A stretch of DNA of 11,487 bases from Ostreococcus tauri. Taxonomy: Eukaryota. The notes beneath the pieces are model-generated. The model had not been told where the DNA came from. It saw only the letters and a program-made list of their open reading frames with translations, and did no database searches. Below are positions 1 to 6,752 of this stretch, one piece after another. Every line of letters begins with the position of its first letter. Within the stretch, counting starts at the first letter, position 1. The position numbers and the translations under genes were made by a program. The stretch covers positions 370,371 to 381,857 of the forward strand of contig CAID01000015.2 in assembly GCA_000214015.2 (NCBI GenBank). Reading direction: 5' to 3'.

Positions 1-14
1 CGCGGTGACGAATG

Positions 15-636
15 TCACCGCGTCGCCGCGTCGGCGTCGACGTCGATCCCTCTCGCGCGTAATTCATCGCGAATGCGACGGACGTCGCGCGCTAACGCAT
101 CCGCGACGTCCGACCGGGACGGAAGGACGACGGCGGCGCGAAGGACGTCCCACGCCGCGTGCGCGGCGATGCCCGAGACCGCGATGAGCGGAAGCTGCGG
201 AGAAGACGCGCGGTGAGTCGATCGTCGTCGTGAAGACGCGCGTCTTCAAACGGGACGCGGGCGACGGGACGCGGGCGACGGGACGCGGGCGACGGGACGC
301 GGGCGAGACGCACCGCGACGACGACGCGTCGCGCGACGGAGCTCGCGTCGAGCGACGCGAGGGCGAGCGCCCACGCGCACGCGCACACCGCCGCGGACGT
401 CCCTGCGATCGACGCGACGAGCGATACGTCAGCGCGTGCGACGCATCGACATCAACGCGCGTCGCGATCGCGCGCCGCGCTCGAACGCGTCCGCGATCGA
501 TCCCTCGCGCGTCACCGCGCGACGCACCGAACGTTCGCGCGCGCGTCATCGGACGCGCGCCGCGCCCGCGCGCTCGGCGCCGCGCGCGCGTCGTGCGATG
601 ACGCATCGATCGCGCACCGCACCCATTCATACACAT
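15..636 (-). CDS. Hypothetical small membrane protein (~125 aa). Proposed 3-exon model: exons 636-528, 402-314 and 194-15 (stop included); introns 527-403 and 313-195.
   Basis: Exon 3 is an open minus-strand frame with no start codon, so it is absent from the ORF track. It reads LPLIAVSGIAAHAAWDVLRAAVVLPSRSDVADALARDVRRIRDELRARGIDVDADAATR*, has G/C-rich third positions, ends at TGA (17-15), and begins right after tcttctccgCAG. Exon 2 reads (G)TSAAVCACAWALALASLDASSVARRVVVA, lies between a CAG acceptor and a GTGCGT donor, and is hydrophobic. Exon 1 starts at ATG 636, immediately after an in-frame TGA, is Arg-rich, and ends at a second GTGCGT donor. Splice phases are consistent (1+2 nt, then 0+0). 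Exon 1 is the weakest part of the model. Confidence 0.4.
251..306. repeat. Perfect 14-bp tandem repeat (cgggacgcgggcga) x4.
   Basis: Direct reading gives four identical head-to-tail copies at 251-264, 265-278, 279-292 and 293-306. The unit length is not a multiple of 3. The repeat lies inside the proposed intron 195-313 of the minus-strand gene. Confidence 0.9.
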
Positions 637-838
637 TCATCGACGCGCGACGACGGGCGCGCGGACGCGCGACGACGCGCGACGACGCGCGGGAGCGCGC
701 GCGTGGGCGCGCGTCGGTGCGCGCGGGTGACGCCGCGGCGCGCGCGCGCGTTGGTCGCGGAGACGACGCGAACGACGCGTCGTGGCATCGATCGCGCGCG
801 ACGCTCGACGACCGGTGGTGGCGACGACGGGGCGCGCG

Positions 839-1681
839 ATGCCGACGTCCAGGCGCGAGGGACGGAGACGATGGATGTCGTGGACGACGACGTTCGCGAT
901 CGGGGTGTTGGCGATGACGACGGTGGGGACGCGCGGGACGCGCGCGGCGGGGACGCCCGCGGCGGTGGCGGCGGCGCTTCGAGGCGACCTCCAGTGGTTC
1001 ACCGACGCCGAGCTCGCGCACGACGAGGCGACGTTGATGGTGATGTTGAATAGAGAGGATGGTGATCACGGCTTGAACGCGCTCGGGGCGGCGGTGACGG
1101 TGGATAACGAGGATTTGGCGAAGAGGATTTTGGCCCTGGGCGGAGACGCCGAGGCGGAGGATCACGACGGACACACCCCGCTGCATCGAGCGGTCGTCAC
1201 GGGGAAACTTAACATGATACGTTTGCTCAAGGAACACGGAGTGGACGTGAAGCAAGTGGCCAGGGACGGATTCGCGCCGTTGCATCGCGCTTCGTGGGGT
1301 TCCTCGGAGGCGCGGGCGGAAATCGTGCGTTTTCTCGTTCGAGAGTGCGAGGAAGACGTCGATCGGCTCGACGTTCACGGACTCACCGCCGCGTTTCGAG
1401 CGGTGGATCATGGCAACGTTTTCATGCTCAAAGTGTTGATCGAGCTCGGGGCGGATGTGAACTTCTCGAACAAGCGTGGCGACTCCATGCTCGCCACGGC
1501 GGTTCGGAAACAAAACGTCGAAATTGTGCAGGCGCTCTTGGACGCCAACGCGGACGTCACCAAGGAGGATTCCAAGGGAAGAAACTTGAGAAAACTAGCG
1601 AAGCAGCTTCGATCGAAGAAAGTGCTAGACTTAATTTCACAGGCGTACGCGTCGGCGACGAGTTCGGGCGCCGAGTTGTAA
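839..1681 (+). CDS. Ankyrin-repeat protein with a hydrophobic N-terminal leader.
   Basis: The ORF track entry 782..1681 begins at a GTG. The first ATG is at 839 and an alternative ATG at 875 (MSWTTTFAIGVLAMTTVG...). Several ANK-consensus units are present (GHTPLHRAVVTGKLNMIRLLKEHGVDV; DGFAPLHRASWG...; GLTAAFRAVDHGNVFMLKVLIELGADVN; GDSMLATAVRKQNVEIVQALLDANADV). The stop is TAA at 1679-1681. Confidence 0.85.
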   Translation: MPTSRREGRRRWMSWTTTFAIGVLAMTTVGTRGTRAAGTPAAVAAALRGDLQWFTDAELAHDEATLMVMLNREDGDHGLNALGAAVTVDNEDLAKRILALGGDAEAEDHDGHTPLHRAVVTGKLNMIRLLKEHGVDVKQVARDGFAPLHRASWGSSEARAEIVRFLVRECEEDVDRLDVHGLTAAFRAVDHGNVFMLKVLIELGADVNFSNKRGDSMLATAVRKQNVEIVQALLDANADVTKEDSKGRNLRKLAKQLRSKKVLDLISQAYASATSSGAEL

Positions 1682-1718
1682 TACCATCACCACGAAACTG
1701 CTCGCTGACTTTCATCGC

Positions 1719-2155
1719 TCACTCCTCCGTCTCGTTCTCGTCGAGCTCGAAACCCTGCGTCTCTCTCGCGAGCTCGCTTAACAAGAACTCCGAGGTCTCG
1801 AGTATGCGATCGAGCGACTTTTCGCCCTCGGCGATCACCTTGTCGTACGACTTGACGCGCTCGCGGTCTCGAGCCACGCGCGCCTCCAACTCCTTCGCCC
1901 GTCGACGCAACGCCTCACCGTCCCGCGCGTTCGCCTCCATTCGCGTCATCACCGCCCGTCGTCTGCGCTGTAGCTCCGATAGATCTGTGAAGACACGCCA
2001 TCAGTCCTCGTGCGCACGAACACCGCGCGGCATCGCGCGCCATCGCCGCCCCATCGCGCGCGCGACGCGCTCGATCGTCACGCACTCTTCCCCACCGCCT
2101 CCTGGGTCTGTCGCATCATCATCGTCTTCGCCGTCTCCCTCGACGTCGTTCCCAT
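1719..2155 (-). CDS. Small coiled-coil protein of unknown function. Proposed 2 exons (2155-2086 and 1984-1719) with intron 2085-1985. The minimal single-exon version is 1719-1949.
   Basis: The core ORF reads MTRMEANARDGEALRRRAKELEARVARDRERVKSYDKVIAEGEKSLDRILETSEFLLSELARETQGFELDENETEE. The track start at 1952 is a GTG and the first ATG is at 1949. The frame stays open upstream (DLSELQRRRAV) to a tcttcaCAG acceptor at 1987-1985. A GTGCGT donor at 2085-2080 and a CTGAT branch-like motif 16 nt before the AG define a 101-nt intron. The upstream exon MGTTSRETAKTMMMRQTQEAVGK joins in phase (1+2 nt) and starts at the first ATG of its frame. No domain was recognised. Confidence 0.5.
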
Positions 2156-2319
2156 CGAGCGCGCCCGTCGTCGCCTCCGGACGTCGTCGTCCTCCTCGCG
2201 CGGTCGCGCGCGGGACGGTTCGCGTCCGTGGTTTACGTGACGCCACTAATGTACACACCACCCCGCGTCGCGCGCGGCGACACATTCATTCGCCATTCCC
2301 GCGCGTGGACGTCGTCGCC

Positions 2320-3194
2320 ATGCTCGCCTCGCACGTCTCCGCGTTCGCCCGCGGCGATGCGATCATGACTCCACAACACTCGAAGCGGTCGTCGGGCGCG
2401 CGCGTCACGCGCGTCGTCGAGGCAAAGGAGTCGCGCATCGGCAAGAAGCCGGTGGCCGTGCCCAAGGGGGTGACGTACACCTTGAAGGATAACCATCTCG
2501 CCGTGAAGGTGCGTGCGGGCGGAGGATCGATCGCGACGGACGGCGCATCGAGCGCGTGAAATCTTTCGCGGCGTAACGTTGAGAGACAACGCGCGCGGGA
2601 TCGTCGGAAGGGCGCGGAGAGGGAGGCGGACGCGCGCGAGGGCTTGAGGTTGTAGGGTTTTCCACGCGCCGGAGACGGATGGACGAGAGCGAGCGAGACG
2701 ACTGACGATGTAACGCGCGCGCTTTATTCAAATCACAGGGTCCGAAGGGTGAGCTCAAGATGCAGTTTCCGCCCACGATGGTCTTCGAGGAGCAAGGAGA
2801 TGCGATCAAGATTACTCGCTCGGATGACTCGCCGGAGGCGCGCAAGGGCCACGGGTTGTACCGCACCCTCGCCGACAACATGTTTGTCGGCGTTTCCACG
2901 GGCTTTGAGAAGAAGCTCAAGCTATTGGGTGTGGGTTACAAGGCTGCGATGCAGGGGAAGGACCTGAACCTGTCACTCGGCTACTCTCACCCGGTGATCA
3001 TGAAGTTGCCGGAGGGCATCACGGTGACGTGCCCGTCCAACACTGAGGTGGTGGTGAGCGGCTACGACAAGGTTGAGGTTGGCAACTTTGCGGCGATTAT
3101 TCGGGCTAAGCGTCCGCCGGAGCCGTACAAGGGTAAGGGTATCCGTTACGAGAACGAAGTGGTGATTCAAAAGGAGGGTAAGCGCGGGAAGTAA
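2320..3194 (+). CDS. PRPL6: Plastid-type 50S ribosomal protein uL6 (L6) with an N-terminal transit-like peptide. Exons 2320-2508 and 2739-3194; intron 2509-2738 (230 nt).
   Basis: Exon 1 ends ...ESRIGKKPVAVPKGVTYTLKDNHLAVK followed by GTGCGT. Exon 2 starts after atcaCAG with GPKGELKMQF... The splice is phase 0 and restores the conserved bacterial/plastid L6 motif VKGPKGEL. Downstream motifs HGLYRTLADNMFVGVSTGFEKKLKLLGVGYKA and RPPEPYKGKGIRY closely resemble my recollection of land-plant chloroplast L6. The ~35-aa N-terminal extension is Ser/Arg/Ala-rich. Confidence 0.9.
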
Positions 3195-3502
3195 GCGCCG
3201 CGTTGATTTCTCTCTGGATTCTTTCTTGACAACGCTTCGTTCGTGCGAGAGCGCCGACGACGCGTCGACTCAGGACGAAAACTTAGCTACAGCTTGTGAT
3301 ATTAATCGTCGATTAAAGCGTCATCGCTCACATCGCGCGCCACACGAGGGGCGCCACGCGCCGCATACGAGGCGCATACGAGGTGGGTGAATGTCGCGAC
3401 GCATTCACCACCCGTTTCAGCGAAATTCGAGCGACGGCATGAAATCGCTACAGACGATTTTGAAATTTAGTTTAAAATCGTCGTATTTAAGCACACGGTA
3501 TG

Positions 3503-3508
3503 AAAAAA
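3503..3508 (-). terminator. RNA polymerase III terminator (T6) for tRNA-Tyr.
   Basis: The minus strand reads A-TC-TTTTTT-CA immediately 3' of the discriminator base. Oligo-T is the established Pol III termination signal. Confidence 0.6.
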
Positions 3509-3510
3509 GA

Positions 3511-3637
3511 TCTCCCCTACCCGAATCGAACGGGTGACCCACTGATACCTCCGTGTGTGTTCCACGATGTGACTCGTGTGCTATTCAGATCGCTTTTGAT
3601 CTACAGTCAGTTGCTCTTCCAGCTGAGCTAAGGAGAG
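3511..3637 (-). tRNA. tRNA-Tyr: tRNA-Tyr (anticodon GUA) with a 54-nt intron at the canonical 37/38 position.
   Basis: The reverse complement folds by hand into a cloverleaf: acceptor CTCTCCT/AGGGGAG (one G-U pair), D arm GCTC-AGCTGGAA-GAGC, anticodon stem ACTGA/TCAGT, loop CTGTAGA, variable loop GGGTC, T arm ACCCG-TTCGATT-CGGGT, discriminator A. The mature length is 73 nt. A-box (TAGCTCAGCTGG) and B-box (GTTCGATTC) sequences are present. No CCA is encoded. A T6 run follows the gene. Confidence 0.92.
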
Positions 3638-3680
3638 CGTGGTCGTGTCTTCGTCGGTGTATTTAACGAGCATACGGCCA

Positions 3681-3688
3681 TATATAAG
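3681..3688 (+). promoter_or_regulatory. TATA-like element (TATATAAG) in the tRNA-Tyr / CBS-gene divergent spacer.
   Basis: This is the only strong TATA match in the 184-bp spacer. It lies ~135 nt upstream of the CBS-gene ATG (3822) and ~45 nt upstream of the tRNA 5' end on the other strand. It sits in the loop of a 7-bp inverted repeat (GGCCATA 3676-3682 / TATGGCC 3704-3710). Function is inferred only. Confidence 0.3.
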
Positions 3689-3821
3689 TGGTGCACGCGG
3701 ATTTATGGCCCGACGAGCGCGCAAGAATTGGTATGTAACTTGTTACGGGTACTTTTCATCCGTGGCCCCCACGCTCGGGGACTCGAACCGTCGTCGCGCC
3801 GCACACCGCGCACGTCTCTGC

Positions 3822-4909
3822 ATGAAAACGACATCATCCGCCGTCGTCACCATCGATCGATGTCGCCGAGCGCTCTACGCGTCCGCGCTGTCAGATTATC
3901 TCGCCACTGCCGGTCGCGCGTCGACGCCGATCGCGATCGTGGACGACGACGCCGCCGTCGGGGACGTTCTGAGGCGCGCGCGCGCGGCGAACGCGTCCCA
4001 GGTGGCGGTGACGACGCGCTCGGGGGAGACGCACGCGACGATCGAACATCGATGCGTGTCCATGCGAGACATTGCGCGTGCGTGGATCGATAACGCGACG
4101 CACGAGGTCGAGGATCGGTGGTTCTTCGAGGAGTACAGGGTACGCGTCGTCGTCTCGTCTCGCGCGCGTTTGATTCTGACTCGGCGCCGACGCAGGTGCG
4201 AGATATCCCGTCGACGATGTCGATGATCGAGATGGAGGAATCGAAGACATCGACGATGAATCTCTTGGACGTGTGCGCGCTGATGTCGCGATCGAGATCC
4301 GTCGTGGTTGTGTTGAAAAATGGAGTCATCTCAGAGGTCGTCACAAAGTTTGATGTCTGCCGGTTTCTCGCCGAGAAGATGGCCGTCCTGGGCGAGGTCG
4401 CGAACGTTCCAGCGGCGTCCATCTTCGAGAGTAAACGTATCGTCTCAGAGCTTTTCACCGTCACGGCTCAACGATGCGTCGAGCGCATGCTCGCAGCGGA
4501 TGTCAGCGCCATCGCGCTCGCCGACGAACGCGTCGCGCCGACGGAATACATCGGATGCTTTTCCTTCAACGACTTCCGTCGAATCGACACTCCGCGGGAT
4601 TTGTCCGCGATGCGCTCGATGTCCGTGATAGAATTCGTCTCTCGCAAGCGCGTGGACACCTTCGTCGACGGTGGCGGTTCCGCAATTCCGTTCGAAAGTG
4701 GCCGCTTCGATCAGCTCACGCATCACTACATCGAATTGGTGTACATCAAGAGCGACGCGACGCTCTCAGAGTTGCTCACCGAGTTCGCCGAGCGTGGCAT
4801 TCATCACGTCTTCATTCTCGCGTGCTCGAAACCGGCGTGTTCGGAATCACCGGACGCGTACGGCGTCGTCACGCCGACCGACGTCGTCGCGCGCCTCGCC
4901 CCGAGATGA
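3822..4909 (+). CDS. CBS-domain protein with multiple CBS motifs. Exons 3822-4139 and 4196-4909; intron 4140-4195 (56 nt).
   Basis: Two track ORFs in different frames (3639.. and 4118..) are joined in phase 0 by a GTACGC donor at 4140, a CTGAC branch-like motif at 4176-4180 and a CAG acceptor at 4193-4195. CBS-like blocks include TPIAIVDDDAAVGDVLRRA...VAVTT, SVVVVLKNGVISEVVTKFDVCRFL, VSAIALADE...YIGCFSFNDF and GIHHVFIL...AYGVVTPTDVVARL. ATG 3822 is preferred. An in-frame ATG at 3705 exists, but the stretch after it is AT-rich at third positions. Confidence 0.75.
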
Positions 4910-4982
4910 TCGACTCGAGCGCGTTGTCAGAAGCATCACGCAGAATTACATCCACCGCAGTGACCGACGCTCATCGCACGCG

Positions 4983-6704
4983 ATGCCTCCCGTCGAGCTC
5001 CCGGTGCTAGATTATGGCGACGTCGGGTCCGATTCCGACTCCGAGCGCGCTTCATCGGACTCTGAGACAGACAAATCGTTCACGTCCCGTTCCAACGCGC
5101 TCGCGGAGGATTCCGACCCAAAGCCGCGAGAGGAAACGATCGTCGATCCACTCGTCGCTTCGAGAAAGCTCGCGTTCGTCGAGCGATGTTTCATCGACGA
5201 TAGCGTCAATACGTTCGTCGATGAGATTTCAATGCTTCGATCGTGCGCGGAGGCGGCGCTGAGCGAGCGAGAGTTCCGGGACGCCTGCGCCGAGCGCGCG
5301 CGCGGGACGACGAGCGGGACGCGGTGCGGATGGCCGATGTGTCGATCGAACGCCTCGAACGCGTCGCCGAACGCGTCAGCGAGCAAGGTATTCGACATAG
5401 ATGGCACGGCGCGAACGGTGCGAGAGACGTCGTGGACGCGGTCATTTTGTTCCAAGGCGTGCGTGCACGCGGCGGAGGCGTTTGGCAGGCGGCTCGCTCA
5501 GGGACGGGCGCTGAGCGCCGAGGAGGGCGCGGCGAGGGCAGGTGTCGGGTATCTCGACGAGGCAAAGGTGATGAAATCGACGGTGAAGGAGCGCGAGGTC
5601 ACGAGATCGACGAGGGAAACGTTTGAGGCGCCGAAGACGCGCTCAGAGGCGATGGCGAGCGCGGCGGCGGTGGACGGGTACGTCCCTCGAACGGCAAGGA
5701 AAGCGATCGAGGAAGAGAAGAATCGGGAGAAAAAGATCGCCAAGACACAGGCACAAAAAAATCTCTCCACGATCGATCGACCAACGTCGGTGACGTGGAA
5801 CGAGACCGAGATTCAGGCCATCGAGCAGGAGGCTGCGGAGCGAAAGACGACCTCGGTGGACGAGCCCGCCGGGGTGTTTTATTTCGACACCTACGCCGAG
5901 GGGCAGAAAAAAGCCGGTGAAAAAGGGTTCGTCCCGAGCATTGGAGGGCGATTTAGCGAGGGACAGCTGCGCACAGAACCGAGAACGGCGGCGGACGAGG
6001 CTACCAAGGCGATGGAAAAATTGCTCCTGGAGGCGGATGCAAGCGTGGAAGACGCGCCTACGAGCGTCGCCGAGCCCGAGGACGTCGCCGAGGTCACGCG
6101 AAAGATGCTCGCGTCCGCGCTCACATCGAAACCGATTCCAGGATATGCCGATAGCGATGAGGACGAGGACGAGGATATCGGGATGAGCGGCACTTCCGAT
6201 TCGGAGGGATCGGTGGACTTGTCATCTTCCGCGCCACAGATTTCACAGTTTGGCGTCACGTGGATGGCTGTCGACAATTTAGTCACGGACGCGACGTTCG
6301 CGCTCGTCGACGGCGACGGTGCCTTCGTGGATATCCTTCCACTTCGTAACAGATACACCGTTTCCGTCAGCGAGGCGTGGAACGAAAGCTTGGCCAAGGT
6401 GGTTCCGTCTCTGTGCTTGACGCTTGACATCAGCGGCGAAAAGCGAAGAATCGAACAAAATCTGACGACGCTCCTGCGAACGTTCGCGTTCGAAAGACCG
6501 GTTCCGGAGTTCAGTCGCGCGCGTTGGATGATGATGGCGCTATTATTCATCGAAATGTTGATCGACGCAGACCTTTTGAGCAAAGAGATGCTCGGCAAAG
6601 CAGTTGCTGAGGGAGCAAAAATGATCTTTGCAGACGCTGAGGCAACAAAAGAGGAAGTGACTTTGCTTCGTCAGCGTCTTCGTGGCGAGGGCGTTCGAGA
6701 TTAG
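4983..6704 (+). CDS. RPAP2: RPAP2/Rtr1-type zinc-finger protein (putative RNA polymerase II CTD phosphatase family), 573 aa.
   Basis: The track ORF 4671..6704 starts at a GTG inside the CBS gene. The first plausible ATG is 4983 (MPPVELPVLDYGD...). The segment RCGWPMC...KVFDIDGTARTVRETSWTRSFCSKACVHAAEAF matches my recollection of the Rtr1/RPAP2 finger (CGYPLC ... KVYDI...SFCS..C). Acidic/Ser-rich and Lys/Glu-rich linkers follow, then a structured C-terminal region. Confidence 0.7.
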   Translation: MPPVELPVLDYGDVGSDSDSERASSDSETDKSFTSRSNALAEDSDPKPREETIVDPLVASRKLAFVERCFIDDSVNTFVDEISMLRSCAEAALSEREFRDACAERARGTTSGTRCGWPMCRSNASNASPNASASKVFDIDGTARTVRETSWTRSFCSKACVHAAEAFGRRLAQGRALSAEEGAARAGVGYLDEAKVMKSTVKEREVTRSTRETFEAPKTRSEAMASAAAVDGYVPRTARKAIEEEKNREKKIAKTQAQKNLSTIDRPTSVTWNETEIQAIEQEAAERKTTSVDEPAGVFYFDTYAEGQKKAGEKGFVPSIGGRFSEGQLRTEPRTAADEATKAMEKLLLEADASVEDAPTSVAEPEDVAEVTRKMLASALTSKPIPGYADSDEDEDEDIGMSGTSDSEGSVDLSSSAPQISQFGVTWMAVDNLVTDATFALVDGDGAFVDILPLRNRYTVSVSEAWNESLAKVVPSLCLTLDISGEKRRIEQNLTTLLRTFAFERPVPEFSRARWMMMALLFIEMLIDADLLSKEMLGKAVAEGAKMIFADAEATKEEVTLLRQRLRGEGVRD

Positions 6705-6752
6705 TAGGAGTAGTGATAGTATGTTAATGAATCGTTTCGTCGTCGACTAGAT

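Noticed and set aside
251-306. Possible CRISPR-like array or prokaryotic repeat locus.
   Set aside because: The repeats are contiguous 14-mers with no spacers. The surrounding genes are spliced eukaryotic genes. There are no cas-like ORFs, operon organisation or Shine-Dalgarno-style spacing anywhere in the window.
5-1053. Plus-strand ORFs 5-187, 230-601, 436-1053 and 717-917.
   Set aside because: At least one starts at a GTG (5-187). All encode almost pure Arg/Ala/Asp strings and overlap each other in several frames. They are better explained as chance ORFs over the minus-strand spliced gene, its introns and the CpG-rich divergent promoter.
512-1513. A 333-aa minus-strand ORF antisense to the ankyrin gene. 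Similar long antisense ORFs occur at 8036-9304 (422 aa), 7651-8676, 7953-8684, 5891-6598 and 3847-4464.
   Set aside because: These are typical stop-poor antisense frames of GC-rich coding DNA. Their products are Arg/Ser/Pro/Ala-rich low complexity with no motifs. The opposite strand carries well-supported domain proteins (ANK, SET, RPAP2, CBS).
1294-2559. A 421-aa plus-strand ORF spanning the ankyrin 3' end, the coiled-coil gene and uL6 exon 1.
   Set aside because: Only its last ~63 codons (from ATG 2320) are real, as uL6 exon 1. The rest is out of frame with the ankyrin gene or antisense to the coiled-coil gene, and is Ser/Arg-rich.
3195-3510. Box C/D or H/ACA snoRNA in the uL6 / tRNA spacer.
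   Set aside because: The best C-box-like string on the minus strand (GCGATGA) has a mismatch at a core position. The flanks of the candidate C and D (CTGA) boxes cannot form a terminal stem. No ACA or H box is placed convincingly.
3763-3840. A second conventional tRNA gene on the minus strand.
   Set aside because: The T-stem closes with only 2 of 5 base pairs. No D arm or anticodon arm can be fitted in the ~75 nt upstream. The 5' acceptor strand is absent at the expected distance. It is kept only as a tRNA-derived fragment in the findings.
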